Positions 42,573 to 53,226 of a DNA stretch of 64,000 nucleotides are shown here, piece after piece. Both the position numbers and the translations under genes were made by a program. The stretch covers positions 15,290-79,289 of the forward strand of contig JASBRS010000076.1 in assembly GCA_030149325.1 (NCBI GenBank). The letters are read 5' to 3'. This DNA comes from Deinococci bacterium. GTDB lineage: Bacteria; Deinococcota; Deinococci; Deinococcales; Trueperaceae. Each line of letters opens with the position of its first letter. The first letter of the stretch is position 1. The notes under the pieces were generated by a model. It had not been told where the DNA came from, made no database searches, and worked only from the letters and a program-made list of their open reading frames with translations.

Positions 42573-43079
42573 ATGGCCGGCACCCCGCCCGATCCCGGCA
42601 TCGAGGTCCGTGAGGCCACCCTCCCCGGCATCGGCAAGAAATACGTCATGCCCCTGCGCACAGGCGGCAACCTGGTGATCGTGGTGCGCCCCGACGGCGA
42701 ACGGCACCTCTACCACTTCCCGGAGCACGACGACCGGCCGTCCGACGCCTTCACGCTCGACGAGGACGAAGCGCAGCAGGTGGCGAACCTGCTGGGCCGA
42801 GCGCTGGTGCCGGCGCCCGACCTGGAGGATCTCGATCTCGTGCTCGGAGCGCTCGAGCTCGAATGGGTCGAACTCCCGGAGGACGCCCCGGTGGTCGGCC
42901 ACTCGCTCGGCTCGAGCCAGTTGCGTACGCGCACGGGCGCCAGCCTGGTGGCCATCCTCCGCGGCGGCCGTGCCATCGCCAACCCCGGCGTCGACGTGGC
43001 GTTCGAAGCCGGCGACACCCTGGTGCTGATCGGCTCCCACGACCAGACCGCCGCTGCCCGCGCGCTCGTGCTGGGTTAG
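42573..43079 (+). CDS. cation:proton antiporter regulatory subunit (KhtT-like, TrkA-C/RCK_C domain)
   Basis: IEVREATLPGIGKKYVMPLRTGGNLVIVVRPDGERHLYHF ... VGHSLGSSQLRTRTGASLVAILRGGRAIANPGVDVAFEAGDTLVLIG. Lies immediately upstream of the antiporter gene. Confidence 0.75.
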   Translation: MAGTPPDPGIEVREATLPGIGKKYVMPLRTGGNLVIVVRPDGERHLYHFPEHDDRPSDAFTLDEDEAQQVANLLGRALVPAPDLEDLDLVLGALELEWVELPEDAPVVGHSLGSSQLRTRTGASLVAILRGGRAIANPGVDVAFEAGDTLVLIGSHDQTAAARALVLG

Positions 43080-43100
43080 CGAACCCGCTCGGAGACGCTG

Positions 43101-44315
43101 GTGACCGCTCTACTCGACCTCGGCGTGATGGCAGCGGTGCTGTACGCAGGCGCCTGGGGCAGCCGCCGCCTGCGCCTCTCGCCGGTGGTGGGCTACCTGG
43201 CGCTGGGTACGCTCCTCGGCCCCTACGGGCCGCTGCCGCTGGTGCGCCTGAGCCCGACGGTGGATCTGATGAGCGAGCTCGGCCTCGTGCTGCTGCTCTT
43301 CACCATGGGCCTGGAGTTCTCGCTGGCCCGCTTCGTCGACACGGCAGGGCCGAGCGCCCGCGCGGGCGTGGTGGACCTGGCGAACCTCGCCGTCGGGACC
43401 GCGGTCGGGCTGGCGTTCGGCTTCGGCTGGTTGGGGGCGCTGTTCCTCGGCGGCGTGGTCTACGTATCCAGCTCGGGCGTCATCGTGCGGCTGCTGAGCG
43501 AGAACGACCTGGTCGCCTATCCCGAGGCCGAGCGCACGCTCGGGGTGCTGGTGTTCGAGGACCTCGCCATGGTCGTCGTCCTCGGCACGCTGGGGCTCCT
43601 CACCGCCGGCGCCGGTTGGCTCGACCTGGCGGGAGCGCTCCTCTTCCTCGCCCTCTACGGCGTGCTGCTCCGGTACGGCCGTCCCCTGGTCGAGCGCGCG
43701 CTCGGCCGGGAGGACGAGGCGCTGGTGCTGCTGGTCCTGGCCTCCGTCACCCTGGTGGCGGTGGGCGCCCACGCCCTCGGCTTCCCCGAGGCGGTCGCCG
43801 CGTTCCTGTTGGGGATGGCCTTCGCCGAGTCCAGCCACCGCCAGCGCGTCGAGCGCGCCCTGGCAAGCTGGGTACACGTCGCCGCCGGCGCGTTCTTCCT
43901 CGGGGTCGGCCTGCACGTCGACCTGGCGAGCGCCCTCGAGCAGCTCGGTCTGGTGATCGCACTGCTGACGGCGACGCTGCTCGCGGGGGCCCTCACCGGC
44001 TACCTCGGCGGCCTGCGGAGCGGGCTGAGCCGCCGCGCCAGCCTCGGCCACGCCGTCCTCCTGGTCCCTCGCGGCGAGTTCTCGCTGGTGATCGCCAGCC
44101 TCGCGGCCAGCGTGGGCGCGCTGCCGCCCGAGGTCCGCGCGGCCATCCAGGGCGCAACCCCGCTGTACGTCGTCGCTACCGTGCTGATCGGCAGCTTCGC
44201 CTTCCGGCACTACCGCCGCATCGACGCCCGGCTGGCACGGCTGCTGGAGTCGCCCGAGGCGAGGGCCCGCCGCCTCCGACGCCGCGAAGACCTCGACTCC
44301 GTCACCCTCGACTGA
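43101..44315 (+). CDS. CPA2-family monovalent cation:proton antiporter (KhtU/Kef-like membrane subunit)
   Basis: GTG start. 404 aa with ~12 TM helices. SPVVGYLALGTLLGPYG ... LLLFTMGLEFSL ... VYVSSSGVIVRLLSE. Confidence 0.85.
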   Translation: MTALLDLGVMAAVLYAGAWGSRRLRLSPVVGYLALGTLLGPYGPLPLVRLSPTVDLMSELGLVLLLFTMGLEFSLARFVDTAGPSARAGVVDLANLAVGTAVGLAFGFGWLGALFLGGVVYVSSSGVIVRLLSENDLVAYPEAERTLGVLVFEDLAMVVVLGTLGLLTAGAGWLDLAGALLFLALYGVLLRYGRPLVERALGREDEALVLLVLASVTLVAVGAHALGFPEAVAAFLLGMAFAESSHRQRVERALASWVHVAAGAFFLGVGLHVDLASALEQLGLVIALLTATLLAGALTGYLGGLRSGLSRRASLGHAVLLVPRGEFSLVIASLAASVGALPPEVRAAIQGATPLYVVATVLIGSFAFRHYRRIDARLARLLESPEARARRLRRREDLDSVTLD

Positions 44316-44508
44316 CCTTCCCGCGTCGCAGGAAGCCCATCGGGGACTCATCGCGACCTTAGCGAACGTGCACCGGCCGTGCATCGGGTGCGCATCGGTT
44401 CCTCGCGATCCCGGGCCTACGCTTGGCGCCATCGCGGGGCCGACGGCGATCCATCCGCCGCGCTCCCGACGCGGCCGCGCCTTCCGGCGCGCCGAGAGAG
44501 GGACGAAC

Positions 44509-45174
44509 ATGAACCGTACGCGTTTCCCCCTGCACGAGCTCCTCGCAGCCATGACCTTCGCTACCCTGCTGGTCATCGGGACGGCCTCCGCCGCGTCCGC
44601 GGTGAACTACAACGACGTGGCCGTGAACGCCGGGACCCTGGCGAACTACCTGAGCAACGCCTCCACCGACGGCCTGCCGGGGATCTGCTACCAGCAGGGC
44701 GCCAAGGTCGCGGGGCCGAGCTACGCCTGCTTCGAGCACGCGCTCGAGGTCAGCGGCCTCACCCGTCTCGTGACCAGCGGCGCCCCGGTCACCGTCTTCG
44801 CCCCCACCGACCAGGCCTTCGCCAACCTCGAGAGCGCCGTCGGTCCCGAGGCCTTCGCCAGGTTCATGGCCAACCCCACGGCCCTGGCGACCCTCGTCGA
44901 GAACTCGATCGTCAAGGGCACCCAGACCGTCTCCGACCTGTCGTACGAGGCGTCGGACGCGTCGTACGGCACCGACGTGACGACGATCGACGGCAGCTCG
45001 CTGGCCATCGCCTTCGGCGCCGACCCCGCCACCACCGACACCACCACCGTCGCCGTGGGCTCGTCGAGCGCTGTCGCCGGCCAGAGCTACGTCGACGGCG
45101 CGACCCAGATGTTCGGCAACGGTGATGTCCTGATCCCCCTCGGCCAGATCACGCTGACGTCCTTGGGCAGCTGA
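44509..45174 (+). CDS. secreted fasciclin (FAS1) domain protein
   Basis: Trimmed to ATG 44509, after GAGGGA. Signal peptide ...AAMTFATLLVIGTASAASA. FAS1 core LTRLVTSGAPVTVFAPTDQAFANL ... LVENSIVKGTQTVSDL ... GDVLIPLGQI. Confidence 0.8.
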   Translation: MNRTRFPLHELLAAMTFATLLVIGTASAASAVNYNDVAVNAGTLANYLSNASTDGLPGICYQQGAKVAGPSYACFEHALEVSGLTRLVTSGAPVTVFAPTDQAFANLESAVGPEAFARFMANPTALATLVENSIVKGTQTVSDLSYEASDASYGTDVTTIDGSSLAIAFGADPATTDTTTVAVGSSSAVAGQSYVDGATQMFGNGDVLIPLGQITLTSLGS

Positions 45175-45215
45175 TCCGACCCCGTTCCGCGCTCCCACGG
45201 TACGCGGGAGCGCCC

Positions 45216-45249
45216 GGGAGGCGCCGGGGCCGGGACCCCGGCGCCTCCC
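45216..45249 (+). terminator. strong GC hairpin downstream of the fasciclin gene
   Basis: Perfect 14-bp stem GGGAGGCGCCGGGG-CCGGGA-CCCCGGCGCCTCCC. It is preceded by a second 7-bp hairpin (CGCTCCC-N9-GGGAGCG, 45190-45212). No T-tract. Confidence 0.5.
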
Positions 45250-45453
45250 TCGTGGTAGGGCACCCGAGCGAACCGATTCACAATCCTCATATCACCGCGG
45301 ACGTAGGCTTGTGCCGGTCCACACCGAGGGGACCCCCTGGGCACGCCGAGGTCGACGTGCCCCACGGCCACGCTCGGCCGCACCGCCGATTCGGCGCCGA
45401 CTTCCGCTCCACGCAGCGGAACGGGAGGCCTGACGCACCCGGAGAGGACCCTC

Positions 45454-45825
45454 ATGAGCGACTTCTTCCACGATCCGACCACCGATGACGAGGGCGACAC
45501 CTTCGTCATCCACACCGCCGACGGCCTCACGCTCGAGCTCTGCCCCACCTGCCTGATCGTGCGCGACCGCCTCGAACCCGACACGCGCACGCTGGCGCGC
45601 GTCCCCCTCAACCTCGACCGCATCCTCGGGGTCGCGGCCGGCGCCCAGGTGACGGCCCACGCCACCCACGCCCACCGCCTCACGGTGCGCCGCGAGCCCG
45701 GCGGGCTCGACGTGCGCGTGACCACGCCCCACCTCGAGCTGCTGCACCGGCACCTGACCCTGCCCGCCATCGAGCCGCGCAGCGACGGCGCGGCGGGCGC
45801 GGCCGGGCTCGGCGCCGGCGTCTGA
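45454..45825 (+). CDS. hypothetical protein
   Basis: 123-aa ORF with GGAGAGG 6 nt upstream of the ATG. It ends 10 nt before the beta-lactamase-like gene. No recognisable motif (MSDFFHDPTTDDEGDTFVIHTADGLTLELCPTCLIVRDRLEPD...). Confidence 0.45.
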   Translation: MSDFFHDPTTDDEGDTFVIHTADGLTLELCPTCLIVRDRLEPDTRTLARVPLNLDRILGVAAGAQVTAHATHAHRLTVRREPGGLDVRVTTPHLELLHRHLTLPAIEPRSDGAAGAAGLGAGV

Positions 45826-45835
45826 TCCGGGCGCC

Positions 45836-46711
45836 GTGACCGCCGACCCCGGACCCGCCGACGCGCGCCTGGCAGCGGCCCTGTCCGCGCTGCAGGAGCG
45901 CCTGGGCGGCACCCTGGGGGTGGCTGCCATGCCCCTCGGCGCGCACCCGCCGGACGCTCCGGGTCCGGTGGCCTTCCAGGAGCGGCTCACCTTCCCGGCC
46001 GCCTCCACCATCAAGGTCTTCGTGTTGCAGGCCTTGCTCGAGCGCGTCGCGCACGGCACCTTGACGCTGGACCAGGAGCTCACCCTCCAGGCCGACGATC
46101 AGGTCACCGGCTCGGGCGTGCTGAAGGTGCTCTCCCCCGGGCGCCGCTACACCCTGCGCGACCTCGCCACGCTGATGATCGTGGTGAGCGACAACACCGC
46201 CACCAATCTGCTGATCGACCTGCTCGGCGTCGACCGCATCAACGACGTCATCCGGGCGCACGGCTGGCACGACACCTGGCTGGCGGGCCCGCTGCAACGG
46301 CCCAGCTCCACGGGCGCCCCGCCCAGCTCGCGCTCCACCTCCTCACCGGCCGACCTGGCCGACGCCTTCCGGCGGCTGTGGGCCGGGGAGCTGTTGCCGG
46401 CACCGTGGACGCAGCTGGCCCAGGCCATCTACCGGCGCCAGCAGCTCACGGACGGGCTCGGACGCTACCTCCCCTTCGACCGCTACGCCACCGAGACGGG
46501 GGCCTCCGACCTCACCCTCGCCTCCAAGAGCGGCTCGTTGCGCGGCGTGCGCAACGATGCCGGCGTCGTCGAGCGCGGCGTCCACGGCTACGTGGTAGCG
46601 ATCATGACGAAGGACTGCCCGGACGCCCGCTTCCACCCCGACAACCTCGGATCGCAGGTGCTGGGCGAGGTCTCCCGGCTGATCTACAAGCGCTTCCTGG
46701 CCGACGCCTGA
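45836..46711 (+). CDS. class A beta-lactamase-like serine hydrolase
   Basis: SxxK = ASTIK, SDN = VVSDNTATNLL, and KSG = LASKSGSLRGVRNDAGVV. No obvious signal peptide at the annotated GTG start. Confidence 0.8.
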   Translation: MTADPGPADARLAAALSALQERLGGTLGVAAMPLGAHPPDAPGPVAFQERLTFPAASTIKVFVLQALLERVAHGTLTLDQELTLQADDQVTGSGVLKVLSPGRRYTLRDLATLMIVVSDNTATNLLIDLLGVDRINDVIRAHGWHDTWLAGPLQRPSSTGAPPSSRSTSSPADLADAFRRLWAGELLPAPWTQLAQAIYRRQQLTDGLGRYLPFDRYATETGASDLTLASKSGSLRGVRNDAGVVERGVHGYVVAIMTKDCPDARFHPDNLGSQVLGEVSRLIYKRFLADA

Positions 46712-46730
46712 CGACGCGCCCGTCCGCGGC

Positions 46731-47537
46731 TCAGCGGTGACGCTCGAGCCCGGCGCGCTGCAGCACCAGCGCCGCCAGCTCCTCCACCGACAACGTGCTG
46801 GCGTCCTGGAAGGGCACGCCATGGCGGCGGTAGAGCCGCTCCGCCTGCCGCACCTCGTACTCGCATCGGCGCAGCTCGGCGTACCCGCTGCCCGGCCGGC
46901 GTTGCTCGCGGAGCTCGTGCAACCGCTTCGGCGCGATGGTGAGCCCGAACAGCCGGCCTCGGAAGGCGGCCACCGCCCCGGGCAGTCCCTCGGCCTCGAA
47001 GTCGTCCTCGGCCAGCGGGTAGTTGGCGGCCCGCACCCCGTACTGCAGGGCGAGGTAAAGGCAGGTCGGGCTCTTGCCGGCGCGCGACACCCCCACCATG
47101 ATCACCTCGGCCTGCCCGTAGCGTTCTGCGTTGGAACCGTCGTCGGTGGCGAGCGCGAACTCCACCGCATCGATGCGCGCCTGGTAGCTCGCCAGGTCGC
47201 GGATGCCGTGGAACGCGCCGGCGTCGGCCGGCGGGGGGTTGCCGAGCGCCTCGGCCAGCGGCCCCAGGAACGGCTCGAAGAGGTCGAGATGCAGACCGGG
47301 CGCGGCGGCGATGCGCTCGCGCACGGTCCGGTCGGTGACGGTCGAGAACACCACCGGCTCGTCGGGCAGGGTCGCCAGCTCGGCCGCCAGCGCGTCCGCC
47401 CGCTGCAACGAGTTCACGAAGGGCCGGGTCGTGGTGCGCACGGCGACGCCCGTGAAGCGTGCCAGCAGGCTGTGTCCGAGCACCTCCGCCGTCACCCCGG
47501 TGTGGTCCGAGACGAAGTACACCGTCCGCGTCTGCAT
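46731..47537 (-). CDS. ppsR: PEP synthase regulatory protein (pyruvate, water dikinase kinase/pyrophosphorylase)
   Basis: Trimmed to ATG 47537, after [29 protein letters not shown] ... [31 protein letters not shown]. Divergent from ppsA, as is usual. Confidence 0.9.
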   Translation of the reverse strand: MQTRTVYFVSDHTGVTAEVLGHSLLARFTGVAVRTTTRPFVNSLQRADALAAELATLPDEPVVFSTVTDRTVRERIAAAPGLHLDLFEPFLGPLAEALGNPPPADAGAFHGIRDLASYQARIDAVEFALATDDGSNAERYGQAEVIMVGVSRAGKSPTCLYLALQYGVRAANYPLAEDDFEAEGLPGAVAAFRGRLFGLTIAPKRLHELREQRRPGSGYAELRRCEYEVRQAERLYRRHGVPFQDASTLSVEELAALVLQRAGLERHR

Positions 47538-47703
47538 CGCGCCTCCCATGTCGCCTCCCGGCTGCCCCGAGGATACCCGCCGCATCCCGGTGTACCTCTT
47601 CCCGGACACGCGGTGGGCGCCGTGCGGTAGCTTGGGGCCGGACCGCGAAGTGCAAGGCGGCGCAGGGCCGCCGGAGGATGCCCCCGGTCGGGAGGAGGCG
47701 TCG

Positions 47704-50091
<2,388 letters not shown>

Positions 50092-50146
50092 GCCCGGCGT
50101 CGGCCGGGACCGTCACGGCGGCGCGCCCAGCGACTAGAGTGATGCC

Positions 50147-50716
50147 ATGAGCGAATCGGTGGAGACCCCAGCGGCGACGGCCACTCTGGCCGGCGGCTGC
50201 TTCTGGTGCCTTGAGGCCGTCTACCTCGATCTGGAGGGCGTCGTGGAGGTGACGTCGGGGTACACCGGCGGGCACGTCCCCGACCCCAGCTACGAGCGCG
50301 TCTGCACCGGCACCACCGGGCACGCCGAAGCGGTGCGCATCCGCTTCGATCCCGCACGCATCGGCTACCGCGACCTCCTCGAGGTGTTCTTCAGCATCCA
50401 CGACCCCACCACCAAGGACCGGCAGGGGCACGACGTCGGGACGCAGTACCGCTCGGCGGTGTTCGTCCACGACGAGGCGCAGCGAGCCGAGGCCGAGCAG
50501 GTGATGGCGGAGGTCGAGCAGGCGGGCATCTACGACGCGCCGCTGGTCACCGAGCTGGTGCCGGCCGGGCCGTTCTACCCAGCCGAGGCCTACCACCGCG
50601 ACTACTTCGCCCTTCACCCCGACGAGGCCTACTGCCGCGCGGTGATCGCCCCGAAGGTCGCGAAGTTCCGCAAGCAGCACATCGATCGGCTCCGGCGCTC
50701 GGCCCCGTCGGCCTGA
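50147..50716 (+). CDS. msrA: peptide-methionine (S)-S-oxide reductase
   Basis: [15 protein letters not shown] ... [25 protein letters not shown] ... HDPTT.DRQG.D.G.QYRS. Confidence 0.95.
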   Translation: MSESVETPAATATLAGGCFWCLEAVYLDLEGVVEVTSGYTGGHVPDPSYERVCTGTTGHAEAVRIRFDPARIGYRDLLEVFFSIHDPTTKDRQGHDVGTQYRSAVFVHDEAQRAEAEQVMAEVEQAGIYDAPLVTELVPAGPFYPAEAYHRDYFALHPDEAYCRAVIAPKVAKFRKQHIDRLRRSAPSA

Positions 50717-50737
50717 TCCCCCACGCCGAGCCATAGC

Positions 50738-50768
50738 AGCGGGGCCCCGTCGGCGACGGGGCCCCGCT
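50738..50768. terminator. bidirectional GC hairpin between msrA and the bc operon
   Basis: Perfect 14-bp stem AGCGGGGCCCCGTC-GGC-GACGGGGCCCCGCT in the 72-nt convergent gap (msrA stop 50716, cytochrome b stop 50789). Confidence 0.55.
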
Positions 50769-50788
50769 CGCGTTCACCGTGGGAACGC

Positions 50789-52024
50789 CTAGTCGCCCGA
50801 GGCGCCCTCGCGCCGAGGGTAGATCGCACGCAGCAGCAGGTAGGCGAGCACCGCCACCACCACCGGCCCGAGCAGCACCAGGAACCACAGGAAGCCGGTG
50901 CTCAGGCTCAACTCGGCGTTGTAGGCGGCGATGGTCGAAGCGATGAAGAACGCCAGCACGCCGATGACGGTGGCCGTGCGCACGGGATGCTCGCTGGGGA
51001 GCTCGAGGTACCGGAGCTTCGTCTTCGAGGGTTGCAGCAGCGGGAAGGCGAAGCCGAACAGGATGAGCAACGAGGGGATCAGCACGCCGATGAACTCGGG
51101 CCCGACGTACACCCCGAACACCGTGAAGTGCCAGCTCGACGGGATCATCTTCAGGAAGCCGTAGAGCCACAGGAAGTACCAGTCGGGCTTCACCGTCGGC
51201 GTGGCCGGTCCGGGCGGCCCGAAGTGCTCGATGGGGTTGGCGTTGAACAGGCCCGCCACCATCGCCAGCACGCCCACGAAGACGGCGAACAGCACCCCCA
51301 TGATCAGCGCCTGCTGCGGCCAGAAGGGCACGCCCAGGATCTTGCCGGGCGCCACCTTCTCGGCGTACTTCGGCTGGGTGTGCTTCTGAAGGAACATGAT
51401 CAGCACGTGCGCACCGATCAGCGCGCCGATGATCAGCGGCAGCCAGATCATGTGGATGGCGGTCAGGCGCGGGATCGAGTGCTCGGTCGGGAAGGTGCCA
51501 CCGAAGAAGAGCTGGCCCAGCCAGGTCCCCAGCACCGGGATGGAGGCCGCGATCTCGTAGCCGACCTTGGTGGCCGTGGCCGAGAAGGCGTCGAAGGGCA
51601 GCGAGTAGCCGGTGAAGGCCGCCATCACCGCGAAGCTCAGCAGCAGCAGCCCGATGATCCAGTTGATCTCGCGCGGCTTCTTGTAGGCGCCGGTCAGCAG
51701 GATGCGGATCATGTGCAGGAAGGCGGCGGCGATGAACACGCTGGCCGCCCAGTGGTGCATGCTGCGGATGACCATCCCGAAGGGGAGCGAGTCGATGAAC
51801 TGCACCGAGGCGTAGGCCGCCGGCAGCTGCTTCGTCCCCACCTGCACCATGCGGATCGACGGTTCGAAGTTGATCGACAGGAACACGCCCGTCAGCACCA
51901 GGGTGAGGAACGAGAAGATGGTGATCTCCCCGAGGAAGAACGAGTGGTGCACGGGGAACATCTTGCGGAAGAACTTCTTGTACATCCTGGACAGCGCCAG
52001 GCGCTCATCGAGCCAGCTAAACAC
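50789..52024 (-). CDS. fbcB: cytochrome b subunit of a menaquinol:cytochrome c reductase (bc complex)
   Basis: 411 aa. MFPVHHSFFLGEITIFSFLTLVLTGVFL ... SMHHWAASVFIAAAFLHMIRILLTGAYKKPREINWIIG carries the haem-ligating His pairs. PFWPQ resembles the PEWY-region variant. It has additional C-terminal helices (fused b6/subunit-IV style). Confidence 0.9.
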   Translation of the reverse strand: MFSWLDERLALSRMYKKFFRKMFPVHHSFFLGEITIFSFLTLVLTGVFLSINFEPSIRMVQVGTKQLPAAYASVQFIDSLPFGMVIRSMHHWAASVFIAAAFLHMIRILLTGAYKKPREINWIIGLLLLSFAVMAAFTGYSLPFDAFSATATKVGYEIAASIPVLGTWLGQLFFGGTFPTEHSIPRLTAIHMIWLPLIIGALIGAHVLIMFLQKHTQPKYAEKVAPGKILGVPFWPQQALIMGVLFAVFVGVLAMVAGLFNANPIEHFGPPGPATPTVKPDWYFLWLYGFLKMIPSSWHFTVFGVYVGPEFIGVLIPSLLILFGFAFPLLQPSKTKLRYLELPSEHPVRTATVIGVLAFFIASTIAAYNAELSLSTGFLWFLVLLGPVVVAVLAYLLLRAIYPRREGASGD

Positions 52025-52039
52025 CTTCGCTCACCCCCC

Positions 52040-52714
52040 TCAACTGCATCCCACGCTCGTCAGGAAGCCGCCGGCGACCACGATCTGGCCGTTCGACGCC
52101 CTGAGCGGGAGGAGGGGAAGTGGGCGGGGCGCCGGGCCCCCCATGACCTTGCCGTCGGCGCGCGGATCGAACTGCGAGTGATGGCAGGGGCACAGCAACC
52201 ACCCGTTCTTGCTGTCCCAGTCGCTGACGGTGCAGCACAGGTGGGTGCACACCGCCGAGTAGCCGACCACGCCGTCGGCGGCGTGGGGCGTGGTGTCGGG
52301 CCCGAGCTGGGAGGCGTCGAAACGCTGCAGCATCACCAGGTTGTTGTCGGTGCCGTTCTTCACGACCCCCGACTTGGGGTCCTTGGGGTAGCACAGGACC
52401 TGCTTCTGGTCGACCGGGATGTCGCTGGCCTGCACCACCCGGGTGGTGTCGTCGGCGCGCACCAGGATGTCGCCGTCGGCCGGCGGCTCCTGCTGGGGCG
52501 TGATCTTGGCGATCGGGCGGAGGCTTCCGGTCACCGACAGCGCCGACAACCCGGTGACCGTGAGCGCCACCGTGACGCCGATCCCCGCTTGCAGGAAGCG
52601 GCGGCGCTGGATCAGCGCCTCCTGGTCTTCGGCCTCGGCGCGGGCGCGCGCCTCGTCGTCGGCCTGCGCCGACCGCGGGGCGCCCGTGGGGGCGTCGTCG
52701 TTGGGTGTCACCAA
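52040..52714 (-). CDS. fbcF: Rieske [2Fe-2S] subunit of the bc complex
   Basis: Twin-arginine leader QRRRFLQAGIGVTVAL. Cluster boxes CTHLCCTV and CPCHHSQF. Confidence 0.9.
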   Translation of the reverse strand: MVTPNDDAPTGAPRSAQADDEARARAEAEDQEALIQRRRFLQAGIGVTVALTVTGLSALSVTGSLRPIAKITPQQEPPADGDILVRADDTTRVVQASDIPVDQKQVLCYPKDPKSGVVKNGTDNNLVMLQRFDASQLGPDTTPHAADGVVGYSAVCTHLCCTVSDWDSKNGWLLCPCHHSQFDPRADGKVMGGPAPRPLPLLPLRASNGQIVVAGGFLTSVGCS

Positions 52715-53187
52715 GGCACCTCCGAGTCCTCGGACTCCACGTGGACCTCATCGTCCTGGTAGTAGTGCTTGTAGACCATCAGCAGACCGGCCACCGTCAG
52801 GGAGATGGAACCGAAGATGATGCCCTCGGCTCCGGGGTGGTTCTCCTGCGTCCTGAGGCTGTGCACGATCGCCTGCACGAACAGGCCCGAGAGCGCCACC
52901 GCCAGCACGGAAAGCGCCATGCCCACCCACTGCGCCTTGCCCGGGCGGGCCTTGTGGACGCCGGGCCTCAGCTCCCGGCCCTCCAGCCACACCGAGATGT
53001 AGCCGATGATGCCGTAGACCAGGAACACCAGGCCCAGGCTGATCAGGCCGATCTGCCCGACCGACAGCGGTTGCGGCTTGCCCCCCGACAGCGCCGTGAT
53101 GTGGCGGCCGTCGAGGTACGACATGAGGAACAGCGCGGCGGCGAACACCAGCGTGAAGAAGGGGATGACGCGGTCGTTTCGGTACAT
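52708..53187 (-). CDS. fbcX: small 4-TM membrane subunit in the FbcX position of the bc operon
   Basis: 159 aa with four hydrophobic spans. It overlaps the Rieske start by 7 nt and lies between the cytochrome c and Rieske genes. This matches the position and size of FbcX in the Thermus thermophilus fbcCXFB operon. The assignment is positional; I cannot verify sequence similarity. Confidence 0.55.
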   Translation of the reverse strand: MYRNDRVIPFFTLVFAAALFLMSYLDGRHITALSGGKPQPLSVGQIGLISLGLVFLVYGIIGYISVWLEGRELRPGVHKARPGKAQWVGMALSVLAVALSGLFVQAIVHSLRTQENHPGAEGIIFGSISLTVAGLLMVYKHYYQDDEVHVESEDSEVPW

Positions 53188-53226
53188 GTCACCGACCTCC
53201 GGCGTGGGTCCGGGCGCGGAGCGCGC

